Shown piece after piece: positions 33,077 through 42,337 of a stretch of 45,511 bases of DNA (within the stretch, counting starts at the first letter, position 1; each line of letters opens with the position of its first letter). The translations under genes were made by a program, and so were the position numbers. Under the pieces are notes generated by a model. The model was not told the origin of the DNA. It saw only the letters and a program-made list of their open reading frames with translations, and searched no databases. The stretch lies in assembly GCA_041167995.1 (NCBI GenBank), contig JBEELT010000001.1, forward strand, positions 1-45,511, written 5' to 3'. The stretch comes from Verrucomicrobiota bacterium. Lineage in GTDB: Bacteria; Verrucomicrobiota; Verrucomicrobiia; Opitutales; UBA953.

Positions 33077-33658
33077 CTAGTATTCGGCAAAAATGACGTC
33101 GTAGGCCAGGCAAGCCGCCAAAAGCAGGGCGACCTTGTCCGGCTGCCCGGCGAAGGCGGGGGCGACCTCCAGGTGGTAATTATCGGCCGAAGTGAACAGC
33201 TCCTTGCCCAGACCGGCCCACTTCTTGTCCATCGTCCCGATGACGACCCCGGCCGGGTCCTTGAGCTGGCGGGTCCAACTGAAGACCCCGCCGCTGAACT
33301 CGCCGATCGCCCGCCCCTCCGGATCCTCGACCAGGAGCTTGCCGGACAGGGAGAAAAGCTTTTTGCGCAGGCAACCCAGCTTGCGTCCCTGGGCGTCGAA
33401 GACCGCGAGCCGGGAGGTGAAGAAGGACCAGCCCTTCTCGAGACGCAGGGCGACGGTCTGCTGATCGTCCTCCAGCACGACGATCTCGGTGGGCAAGGCC
33501 TGCTTCTTCACGATCAGGCGCAACCACTTCAGCCGGGGCTTTTCCGCGGCGAGACCGATGCGCTGCCCTGAGACCGGATGGAGGAGATCGTAGGCGTCGG
33601 CGAAGCGGAGGACCGCCACTTGCTCGCGGACGAAAAAGGCGTGGTTCTGCAGGAGCAT
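33077..33658 (-). CDS. Phospholipid scramblase-like / LURP-one-like (tubby C-terminal-like fold) protein
   Basis: ATG verified at 33658 (the track start at 33691 is TTG). It has repeated beta-hairpin patterning, with internal repeats of the type F..R..V.DA.G..LG.. and LLVEDPEGRAIGEF.., and a C-terminal hydrophobic helix LLLAACLAYDVIF. The family call is by resemblance only. Confidence 0.5.
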   Translation of the reverse strand: MLLQNHAFFVREQVAVLRFADAYDLLHPVSGQRIGLAAEKPRLKWLRLIVKKQALPTEIVVLEDDQQTVALRLEKGWSFFTSRLAVFDAQGRKLGCLRKKLFSLSGKLLVEDPEGRAIGEFSGGVFSWTRQLKDPAGVVIGTMDKKWAGLGKELFTSADNYHLEVAPAFAGQPDKVALLLAACLAYDVIFAEY

Positions 33659-33750
33659 GCCGCATTCAAGGCTCCGCGGAGGACGGGGCAAGCGGCAAGC
33701 GGGACCATTAGTCCATTGACTCCCCTGCCCCGCAAAACGGAAATAGGCCC

Positions 33751-34050
33751 ATGGAACAAGGTCCCGAGGACAAACCCAGCCTGACCGGCGCGGAACGCGG
33801 CAAGCTCCGCAGCCTGGCCCAGACCCTCGACCCGAAGGTCTTCGTCGGCAAGGCCGGCGTGAACGCGGGGATCGCCAAACTGCTGAACGACGCCTTCCGC
33901 AACGCGGACCTCGTGAAGGTCCGCTTCACCGCCGAACGCGAGGCCATGGACACCCAGTCCCAGGAACTCGCGAAGCTGACGGACAGCGAGGTCATCGGCA
34001 GCGTCGGCCGCACGGCGACGTTCTTCCGCCTCGGCGCAACCGAGGAGTAA
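33751..34050 (+). CDS. yhbY: YhbY-like RNA-binding protein (CRM domain)
   Basis: 99 aa with LTGAERGKLRSLAQTLDPKVFVGKAGVN....VKVRF........EL........IGSVGRTATFFR. Confidence 0.8.
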   Translation: MEQGPEDKPSLTGAERGKLRSLAQTLDPKVFVGKAGVNAGIAKLLNDAFRNADLVKVRFTAEREAMDTQSQELAKLTDSEVIGSVGRTATFFRLGATEE

Positions 34051-34054
34051 CCCC

Positions 34055-34942
34055 ATGGATGGCGCCCGGTTTGAGTCCCTGCACGTAAGCCTGATCGGCG
34101 AGGTGGAGACGGCCCTCCGCGCCCTGACCCCGCCCGCGACCGCCCGCCCAGCCCGGCTCCACGCCGCGATGCGCCACTCGCTGGAGGCCGGCGGCAAACG
34201 CCTCCGGCCCGTGATCGCCCTGGCGGCGGCTCGGGCCTTCGACCCGGCCGGCGACGCCCGCCCCGCGGCCGTCGCCCTCGAATGCATCCACACGTATTCT
34301 CTGATCCATGACGACCTGCCGTGCATGGACAACGCCGACCTGCGCCGCGGCCGGCCTTCCTGCCACAAGGCCTTCGACGAGGCGACCGCCTTGCTCGCGG
34401 GCGACGCGCTGATCCCGTTCGCGTTCGAGCTCCTCGCCCGCGGCTACGGCGCCCGCCCCGCCCTGCTCTGCGACCTGACGCTCGAGCTCGCCGTGACGGC
34501 CGGCCCGAGCCTGCTCGTCGGCGGCCAGACCGAGGACATGGGCGGGCTCGCCGCCGGGGCCGACCCCGATCGCCTCGAGTTCATCCTGCGCGGCAAGACC
34601 GCCGCGATGCTGAGCGCCTCCTTCGCGATGGGCGCGCTCGTCGGTGGCGCCGCGAGCGCCGAGGTCGAAGCGTTCCGCCGCGCCGGACGTTCCGCCGGCA
34701 TCGCCTTCCAGTTGGTCGACGACCTGCTCGACCTGACTTCCGACTCCGTCCAGATGGGCAAGCCCGTCGGGGCCGACGCCCAGAACAACAAGCTGACGTA
34801 CGCGGGGCTCTTCGGCGTGCCGGCGGCGCAGGCGCGCGTGGCAGCGCTGACCAACGAGGCCATCGCCCTGCTGCAAGGCACACGCGGCGACACCGCCTTC
34901 CTCGTCGAGCTGGTCGGCCGCATGGCGGCGCGCCGGAACTGA
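34055..34942 (+). CDS. ispA: Polyprenyl (farnesyl/geranylgeranyl) diphosphate synthase
   Basis: First Asp-rich motif LIHDDLPCMDNADLRRGRPSCH, and second FQLVDDLLD. Confidence 0.9.
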   Translation: MDGARFESLHVSLIGEVETALRALTPPATARPARLHAAMRHSLEAGGKRLRPVIALAAARAFDPAGDARPAAVALECIHTYSLIHDDLPCMDNADLRRGRPSCHKAFDEATALLAGDALIPFAFELLARGYGARPALLCDLTLELAVTAGPSLLVGGQTEDMGGLAAGADPDRLEFILRGKTAAMLSASFAMGALVGGAASAEVEAFRRAGRSAGIAFQLVDDLLDLTSDSVQMGKPVGADAQNNKLTYAGLFGVPAAQARVAALTNEAIALLQGTRGDTAFLVELVGRMAARRN

Positions 34943-34946
34943 ACCG

Positions 34947-35327
34947 TCAGTCGTCGAGGCGACGTCCCGACGACGGCAGCTGCTCGGGCAGGAAAGCGTA
35001 GTAGGTACCGAGCCAGAGTCGCCAGGAGACCCCATGAATCAGCCAAGGGACCAGCAGGATGACTGCGACCGCGAGCCAGACCGCCGCGGCGAAGCCGATC
35101 CAGTCATAGGCGCGAAGCACGAGTAGGACCGGCAGAAGACCGAAGGCCGTGAGCCCGTAGTTCCAAACCATCGCCCCCAGGAAGAAACCTTCCCGGCGAC
35201 GCAGCACCATCCCGCAGGCGGTACAGCGGTCGCGGATTGTCGCCAGCCCCGTCAGTTGCTCCGGGGCGCCGCAGTCTGGACAACGGCCACGCGCGCAGCG
35301 CAGGAAGAGGTCGTAGCGGAAGCGCAT
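34947..35327 (-). CDS. DUF983-like zinc-ribbon membrane protein
   Basis: ATG verified at 35327. CPDCG...CTACG zinc ribbon followed by two TM helices. The longer track ORF would run over the tsf terminator. Confidence 0.6.
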   Translation of the reverse strand: MRFRYDLFLRCARGRCPDCGAPEQLTGLATIRDRCTACGMVLRRREGFFLGAMVWNYGLTAFGLLPVLLVLRAYDWIGFAAAVWLAVAVILLVPWLIHGVSWRLWLGTYYAFLPEQLPSSGRRLDD

Positions 35328-35358
35328 GCCCGAGAATAGCCCCGTCCGCGGCCCCTGT

Positions 35359-35394
35359 AAAGCAAAGGGCCGGCCTCCTCGCGGAAGCCGGCCC
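35359..35394 (-). terminator. Intrinsic terminator of rpsB-tsf
   Basis: The minus strand forms a 12-bp stem (one G-U), gggccggcttcc/ggaggccggccc, with a GCGA tetraloop (35367-35394). It is followed by tttgcttt. Confidence 0.75.
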
Positions 35395-35415
35395 GGAACA
35401 AGGCTTGGGGGGCGC

Positions 35416-36456
35416 TTACTCGGCGGCCGTCTCGCCCACCTGGAAGCGTACGAAGCGGACAATCGAAACTTCCTCGCCAACCTTGGCCTTGGCCTCGGTC
35501 AGCAGGTCGGAGACCTTCTTATCGGGATCACGGAAGAACGGCTGTTCCAGTAAGCAAGCATCCGCGAAGAACTTGTCGACGCGGCCGGCGACGATCTTCT
35601 CGATGTTGGAGAGCTGGCCCTTCTTGCGGGACTCGGACGCGATCACCTGCTTCTCCGAAACGACAATGCGCTTCTCGAGCTCGGCGATGGCCTCGACGTC
35701 ATTGGCTGCCTTCTGTTCGATGAGCTGTCCCCGGTAATCCTCGACGACGCGCTTGGCTTCGTCGATGGCCTTATCGGCCTCGGACTTCGTGAACTCGAGG
35801 GCGATTTCCTTCTCCTTGGCGACGACCTCTGCGGAAACGTCATCGCGGCGGACGAAGCGGGCGTTGTTCGCGACGACCTGCATCGCCAGTTGGCGGGCGA
35901 GGTCGGCGACATCGGCATGCGCAGCGGCGGCCTGGGACTTGAGGCCCAGTTCGAGGAGGACGGCGATCTTGGCACCGGTGTGGACGTAGGCCGAGACGCG
36001 GCCGACGCCGTTGGCCTCGAACTTGAGGACGCGGGAGACCTTGAGGTTCTCGCCGATCTTCGTGACCTGGTCGTTCAGATAATCGTTCACCTTGCGGGAG
36101 GCGTCGGCATGGTAAGGCTGGTCGAGAAGGTTCTCGACGCCCTTGGCCGCGGCTTGACCGACAAGGTCCTTGGCGAGGGCTACGAAGGCCTCGTTCTTGG
36201 CGACGAAGTCGGTCTCGCAGTTGAGCTCCAGCAGGATCGCATTGCGACCATCGGCGGAAACCTGAACGGCCAGAATACCTTCGGAAGCCTTGCGGTCGGC
36301 CTTCTTGTTGCGCGTCGCGACCCCCTTGATGCGGAGGATCTCAACGGCCTTCTCCATATCGGCGTTGGCTTCGGTCAGGGCCTTCTTGCAATCCATGAGG
36401 CCAGCGCCCGTGCGCTGACGCAGTTCGTTGACCGTCTGGGCGGTGATGGCGGACAT
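35416..36456 (-). CDS. tsf: Elongation factor Ts (long form, 346 aa)
   Basis: The N-terminal UBA-like segment VNELRQRTGAGLMDCKKALTEANADMEKAVE is followed by LELNCETDFVAKN. It lies 5 nt downstream of rpsB. Confidence 0.95.
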   Translation of the reverse strand: MSAITAQTVNELRQRTGAGLMDCKKALTEANADMEKAVEILRIKGVATRNKKADRKASEGILAVQVSADGRNAILLELNCETDFVAKNEAFVALAKDLVGQAAAKGVENLLDQPYHADASRKVNDYLNDQVTKIGENLKVSRVLKFEANGVGRVSAYVHTGAKIAVLLELGLKSQAAAAHADVADLARQLAMQVVANNARFVRRDDVSAEVVAKEKEIALEFTKSEADKAIDEAKRVVEDYRGQLIEQKAANDVEAIAELEKRIVVSEKQVIASESRKKGQLSNIEKIVAGRVDKFFADACLLEQPFFRDPDKKVSDLLTEAKAKVGEEVSIVRFVRFQVGETAAE

Positions 36457-36461
36457 GACGC

Positions 36462-37316
<855 letters not shown>

Positions 37317-37540
37317 GTTTTGGGGGCTCCGTATCCCGATTCCTGCCGAAGGAGGGGACTTTGGATCTTAGGTAGCTGACTGGGTTTTGGTTGGGATGTC
37401 CGAAGCGATCGGCGGTCGCTCCAAACGGTGGAAAGTTGGTTCAAACACCCCCGGGCCTCCCGTGCAAGCGGGAAAATCGGCAAAAAGAGGCTCCTTTGGA
37501 ACTGACAGCCTCGCGCGCCCGCGGCAGGGTCGGGCTGACG

Positions 37541-38833
37541 ATGTCCTGGGCCTACCGGATTCTCTTCCCTCTCCTGCTGCTGCTGGCCCTGCCTTACTAT
37601 GTGTGGCGGATGCTGCGGCGGGGCGGCTATGGCACCGGCTTCGTCCAAAGACTGGGCTTTTTCCCGAAAATCCCCCCAAAGACCCCAGGCCGCAGCCGGG
37701 TCTGGATTCAAGCCGTCTCGGTCGGGGAAATCGAAGCCATCGGTCCCCTGCTCCGCCAGTTGCAGGCCAGCGGCAAGATCGAGATCGTCCTGACCACGAC
37801 CACGAGCACCGGCTATCGGCTGGCCCGCGAGCGCTACGCCGACGTCGCCCGGATCGGCCTCTTCCCCGCCGACCTCTGGCCCTGCAGCGCCCTGGCGTGG
37901 CGCCGGATCCGACCGGACGCCGTTCTGCTCGTCGAAGGCGAGCTCTGGCCCGAGCACCTCGCCCAAGCCCGTTCCCGCGGCGTGCCGGCCTTCCTCATCA
38001 ACGCCCGCCTCTCCGACCGTTCCTTCCGCCGGCATGCGAAGTTCCGCCGCCTCTCCGCCTACGTGCTCGCGCACTTCCGGTGGATCGCCGCCGGCAGCGA
38101 GGAGGACGCTCGCCGCTTCCGCGAGCTCGGCTTCACCGCCGAGACGACGGGCAACCTGAAGTTTGACGTCGCCGCCGACGCGCCCATGCCCGCGGCGGAG
38201 CGCGCACGGCTTCGTGCCGACCTCGGCTTCGGCGACGACCCGCGGACCTTGGTCCTGCTCGGCTCCTCCACCTGGCCCGGCGAGGAGACCCGTCTGATCC
38301 GCAGCGTCCACCTGCTACGCGACACCGGCGCCGACGTCCGCCTGCTGCTTGTCCCCCGCCATTCCGAGCGCCGCGCCGACGTCGCCGCCGAGGCCAGCGC
38401 CAGCGGTCTCGCCTGGCATCAGCGTTCCTCCGGCGGCGCGGTCGCCCCCGCCGGGACGATCATCCACCTCGCCGACACCACCGGCGAGCTGCGCCGGCTC
38501 ACCCGCGCGGCCGACTTCGCGTTCTGCGGCAAGAGTCTCCCGCCGCACGAAGGCGGCCAGACCCCCGTCGAATGCGCGGCCGCAGGCGTGGCCATCGTGT
38601 ATGGTCCGCGCATGACAAACTTCCGCGACATCTGCCGGGGCCTTGAAAAGGCGGAGGCCGCCTTCCGCGTCGAGGACGCGGCGATGCTCGAAGCGAGGAT
38701 CGCCGAGCTCTGCGCCGACGAAGGCCGTCGGCTGGCGGCCGGTCGCCACGGAGCCGACTGGCATCATGCCAACCGCGGCGCGACCGAGCGAACCGTCGCG
38801 CTGATCCTCGCAGCACTTCAGCCCTCGCGATAA
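37541..38833 (+). CDS. waaA: 3-deoxy-D-manno-octulosonic acid (Kdo) transferase
   Basis: ATG verified at 37541. N-terminal anchor MSWAYRILFPLLLLLALPYYVWR, then WIQAVSVGE, ELWP, and the C-terminal GT-B half with GGSL-type region and HNPLE-like PHEGGQTPVE. Confidence 0.9.
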   Translation: MSWAYRILFPLLLLLALPYYVWRMLRRGGYGTGFVQRLGFFPKIPPKTPGRSRVWIQAVSVGEIEAIGPLLRQLQASGKIEIVLTTTTSTGYRLARERYADVARIGLFPADLWPCSALAWRRIRPDAVLLVEGELWPEHLAQARSRGVPAFLINARLSDRSFRRHAKFRRLSAYVLAHFRWIAAGSEEDARRFRELGFTAETTGNLKFDVAADAPMPAAERARLRADLGFGDDPRTLVLLGSSTWPGEETRLIRSVHLLRDTGADVRLLLVPRHSERRADVAAEASASGLAWHQRSSGGAVAPAGTIIHLADTTGELRRLTRAADFAFCGKSLPPHEGGQTPVECAAAGVAIVYGPRMTNFRDICRGLEKAEAAFRVEDAAMLEARIAELCADEGRRLAAGRHGADWHHANRGATERTVALILAALQPSR

Positions 38834-39864
38834 GCCTCGCGTAAGCGCCGGGCCTGCTCGCGCAACTCGCCGCCGAGGACGATCTGCCGCGCCCGGACGG
38901 CGCCCGCGCCCACGTCCGTCGCCCGGCCCGCCACCCAAAGGGCCGCGCCGGCGCTGAGGCAAAGCGTGTCGAGCAAACCTTCGGGCACCGCACCGACCAG
39001 AAGGTCGGAGAAAAGCACGAGGTTCTCCTCCGGGGAGCCGCCGCGCAGGTCGGCGACCGGGCTGGTCTTGAAACCAAAGTCTCCGGGCAACCAGACGCCG
39101 TCGACGGCGGCGAGTTCGCCGCACCCGCGGACCCGCGTCTCGCCGGCCGTCGTGAGCTCATCCATCCCGCCGCCCGCGCGGCCATGCACGACCAGACCTC
39201 GGCGCACGCCGAGCTCGCCGAGCGCGGCGGCCATCGGCGCCACCCAGCGCTCATCGTAGACGCCGACCATCATCGCCGCGGGTCGCGCCGGATTGATGAG
39301 CGGTCCGAGCACGTTGAAGAGCGTCTTGTGGCCTTGCTCTGCAAGCCGCTTGCGCACGCCCAGCACCGCCTTGAAGGCCGGATGGAAGGCGGGCGCGTAC
39401 AGGTAGCAGAAACCGGCCTCACGCAAGGCGCGGCACAACTGGTCATCGGTCGCCTCCAACGCGACGCCGAGGCCGGCGAGGAAATCGGCGCTGCCGGACT
39501 TGGACGTGATGGAACGGTTACCGTGCTTGAGCACCGGCACGCCGGCGGCGGCGACGATCAACGAGCTGGCGGAGGAGATGTTGAAGCTCCCAGAGCGGTC
39601 GCCGCCGGTGCCGACGATGTCGATGGCCCGGGAGGGGACGTCGCCGAAGTCGACGACGCGCGCCCGTTCGCGGTAGGCATGGGCGAAGGCCGCGACCTCC
39701 ACGGCGGTCTCGCCGCGCCGGGCGAGCGCCAGGAGGAAAGCCGCCTTGGCGTCATCCGTCTCTCCGGCGCTGATCATCGCATGGGCCGCCGCACCCGCCT
39801 CCGCGGCCGAAAGGTCGCGGCCCGCCTCCAAAGCGCCCGTCAAGGTGGGTAAATCCGTGGCCAT
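38818..39864 (-). CDS. trpD: Anthranilate phosphoribosyltransferase (glycosyltransferase family 3; a TrpD2-type paralog cannot be excluded)
   Basis: ATG verified at 39864. Motifs: DIVGTGGDRSGSFNISSASSLIVAAAGVPVLKHGNRSITSKSGSADFL and TLFNVLGPLINPA. The 3' end overlaps the waaA 3' end by 16 nt (convergent). Confidence 0.8.
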   Translation of the reverse strand: MATDLPTLTGALEAGRDLSAAEAGAAAHAMISAGETDDAKAAFLLALARRGETAVEVAAFAHAYRERARVVDFGDVPSRAIDIVGTGGDRSGSFNISSASSLIVAAAGVPVLKHGNRSITSKSGSADFLAGLGVALEATDDQLCRALREAGFCYLYAPAFHPAFKAVLGVRKRLAEQGHKTLFNVLGPLINPARPAAMMVGVYDERWVAPMAAALGELGVRRGLVVHGRAGGGMDELTTAGETRVRGCGELAAVDGVWLPGDFGFKTSPVADLRGGSPEENLVLFSDLLVGAVPEGLLDTLCLSAGAALWVAGRATDVGAGAVRARQIVLGGELREQARRLREAYREG

Positions 39865-39893
39865 GCCCCGATTAGCCACTTTCCCCGCCCCCG

Positions 39894-39919
39894 GCACAAG
39901 GGGATTTTCGCACAAGGGG
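39894..39919. promoter_or_regulatory. Perfect 10-nt direct repeat GCACAAGGGG x2 in the divergent trpD/hypothetical promoter region
   Basis: Copies at 39894-39903 and 39910-39919, 16 nt centre to centre. They lie 30-55 nt from the trpD ATG and 35-60 nt from the ATG at 39954. Confidence 0.35.
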
Positions 39920-39953
39920 TTGCCAGCCGTCGTTTTCGGCCAATACTGAAAGG

Positions 39954-40595
39954 ATGCAGGACGGAGACCATCCCCAAGGTGAATTCGACGGCTCCGGCAA
40001 CGCCTCCTGGGGCGAAGCGGACTGGGCCGGCTACCTGCACCGTAACGACCTCGAGGTCGGACGGTTCCTTTCCTACTACAACGAGGTCAAGCCGTTCCCC
40101 GACCGGCTCGACGCCAGCGCCCGCCGCATGGGCTGGGAAAGCGCCGACTGGGCCCCGGGCGAGGGCGACGACCCGGCGGAGGATGAGGACGACGCCGACC
40201 TGCCCTACTGCATTCACCAGCATCCCGTCTACGTCGTGGCCCGGGCACTTGGTATCCAGCTCATCGGCGCCTGGCGCACCATCTGCCGGGCGAACCCGGC
40301 CGAGATCGGCGGAGAACTCGGGGCCGACCTCATGCTCGCTTTCTGGGACGCCCAGCACCAGGTGGTCATGGCAATCAACGCCACCGACACCGGTGATCTG
40401 CCACTCGCGCTCGTCCACATGAAACGCGCGCTGAACTCCATCAACCACGCCATCGGGTTGCAGGCCGGCCTTCCCGCCGCGACCCGGCTCAACTCCGCCG
40501 AGGCGACGCAGGACCTCGAAGCCACCTTGTTCGACCTACGCGAGATCTGCCTGCGGGTGATGGCCGACTGTCGCTGGGACGGATCGAAGGGCTGA
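39954..40595 (+). CDS. Hypothetical acidic protein
   Basis: ATG at 39954 preceded by gaaagg. GC3-biased frame, acidic stretch GEGDDPAEDEDDAD. No family recognised. Confidence 0.5.
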   Translation: MQDGDHPQGEFDGSGNASWGEADWAGYLHRNDLEVGRFLSYYNEVKPFPDRLDASARRMGWESADWAPGEGDDPAEDEDDADLPYCIHQHPVYVVARALGIQLIGAWRTICRANPAEIGGELGADLMLAFWDAQHQVVMAINATDTGDLPLALVHMKRALNSINHAIGLQAGLPAATRLNSAEATQDLEATLFDLREICLRVMADCRWDGSKG

Positions 40596-40598
40596 AGG

Positions 40599-41573
40599 TC
40601 AAGCCTTCGCCTGGTCCCCGCGGGCCATGTGCTGGATCAGCCGGTCGCTGAACTCCTTGGCGGAGTCATGCCCCATGCTGCGCAACGCCTGCACCATCGC
40701 GGCGACCTCGACGAGTCGGGCCATGTCGCGCCCCGGACGGACCGGGATGGTCATATGGGGCACCTTGCGACCGAGGATCTCATAGGTCTCGACCTCCAGG
40801 CCGGAGCGTTCCTCGTCCATGCCAGGTTGCCACAGGACGAAGGTGACGACGAGGTCGACGCGCTTCTCGAGGCGGACGGAACGGATCCCGAAGATCGAGG
40901 CGACGTTGATGATGCCGATGCCGCGGCACTCCATGTAACCCCGGTTGAGCTCCTTGGACTTGCCCTGTAGTTCGCGGTCGCCGATGAGCGTCACGATCAC
41001 GTAGTCGTCCGCGACGAGGGAATGGCCGCGCTCGATCAGGGCGAGGGCGCACTCGCTCTTGCCGACGCCGGAGGCGCCGCGCAGCAGCACGCCGACCCCC
41101 TTGATGTCGACGAGCGTGGCATGCAGGTTGGTCCGCGGGGCGAACTTCTCCTCCAGGAGCACCGTCGCCTCGGCCGAGAAGTCCTTGGACTTGAGCTGGG
41201 TGCGGATGAGCGGGACCTTGTGGCGGTCCGCGAGCTTCACGAGGATGTCATCGACCGGCAGGCCGCGCGAGACGACGACGGCGGGGATGCGCTTGGCGAA
41301 GACATCGTCGAGGAGCTTCTCGCGCACCGCGGCCGTCTGGTCGCCGAGGTAGGCCATCTCGCCCGCGCCGAAGAGCTGCAGACGCTTATGGGCGAACTCC
41401 TTGAAGTAGCCGGTCACGGCGAGGGCCGGGCGGTTCAGCGACTTCTCCGCGATCATGTTGTCGAGCCCGGCCTCCCCGGCCAAGAGCTCCATCTGGAGCA
41501 TGTCGCGGAAGGAGTCGAAGAACTCGCGGACGGAGACCGATTCCGGGCGGGTGTCGGGGGCTTGGTCGGACAT
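40599..41573 (-). CDS. hprK: HPr kinase/phosphorylase
   Basis: Walker [18 protein letters not shown], and signature RGIGIINV. 324 aa. It starts 4 nt after the lptB stop. Confidence 0.9.
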   Translation of the reverse strand: MSDQAPDTRPESVSVREFFDSFRDMLQMELLAGEAGLDNMIAEKSLNRPALAVTGYFKEFAHKRLQLFGAGEMAYLGDQTAAVREKLLDDVFAKRIPAVVVSRGLPVDDILVKLADRHKVPLIRTQLKSKDFSAEATVLLEEKFAPRTNLHATLVDIKGVGVLLRGASGVGKSECALALIERGHSLVADDYVIVTLIGDRELQGKSKELNRGYMECRGIGIINVASIFGIRSVRLEKRVDLVVTFVLWQPGMDEERSGLEVETYEILGRKVPHMTIPVRPGRDMARLVEVAAMVQALRSMGHDSAKEFSDRLIQHMARGDQAKA

Positions 41574-41577
41574 AAGT

Positions 41578-42318
41578 TCAGAGCTTGAAGCCTTCGCCGA
41601 GGTAGTAGCGACGGCTCTCGGGGTTGTTCACGATGTCGGCCGGGGTGCCCGAGACGAGCACCCTCCCCTGATGGATGAGGTAGGCGCGGTCGACGATCGA
41701 GAGGGTCTCGCGCACGTTGTGGTCGGTGATCAGCACGCCGATGCCGCGATCCTTGAGCCGGCGCACGATGGCCTGGACCTCGGCGACCGAGATGGGATCG
41801 ACGCCGCTGAAGGGCTCGTCCATCAGCAGGAAACGCGGGTTCGTCGCCAAGGCGCGGGCAATCTCCAGCCGCCGACGCTCGCCACCGGACAGGGTGAAGG
41901 CCGGCTGTTTCGCCAGCTTCTCGAGACCGAGGTCGTGCAGCTGCTGCTGGGTGCGCTCGCGGCGCGCGGGCGCGGCGAGGTCCAGCGTCTCGATGACGGC
42001 CATCACGTTCTCCCAGACCGTCAGCTTGCGGAAGATGGACGCCTCCTGCGGGAGGTAGCCGAGGCCGGCGCGGGCGCGCTGCCACATGGGCATGGCGGTG
42101 ATGTCTCGGCCATCGAGGAAGACGCGCCCGGAAGTGGACGGCACGAGGCCGACGACCATGTAGAAAGTGGTGGTCTTACCGGCGCCGTTGGGCCCCAGCA
42201 GGCCGACGATTTCGCCGGCCTTCAGCTGCAGGCTGACATCCATCACCGCGACCTTCGGGCCGTAGTGCTTGGCGAGCGATTCGACGCGGACCAGACCCTG
42301 TTCGCCGGTTAAAGCCAT
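41578..42318 (-). CDS. lptB: LPS export ABC transporter ATP-binding protein
   Basis: ATG verified at 42318. Motifs: [51 protein letters not shown]. The C-terminal LGEGFKL is typical of LptB. Confidence 0.92.
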   Translation of the reverse strand: MALTGEQGLVRVESLAKHYGPKVAVMDVSLQLKAGEIVGLLGPNGAGKTTTFYMVVGLVPSTSGRVFLDGRDITAMPMWQRARAGLGYLPQEASIFRKLTVWENVMAVIETLDLAAPARRERTQQQLHDLGLEKLAKQPAFTLSGGERRRLEIARALATNPRFLLMDEPFSGVDPISVAEVQAIVRRLKDRGIGVLITDHNVRETLSIVDRAYLIHQGRVLVSGTPADIVNNPESRRYYLGEGFKL

Positions 42319-42337
42319 GACGTCAAGGAGGGCCGCC

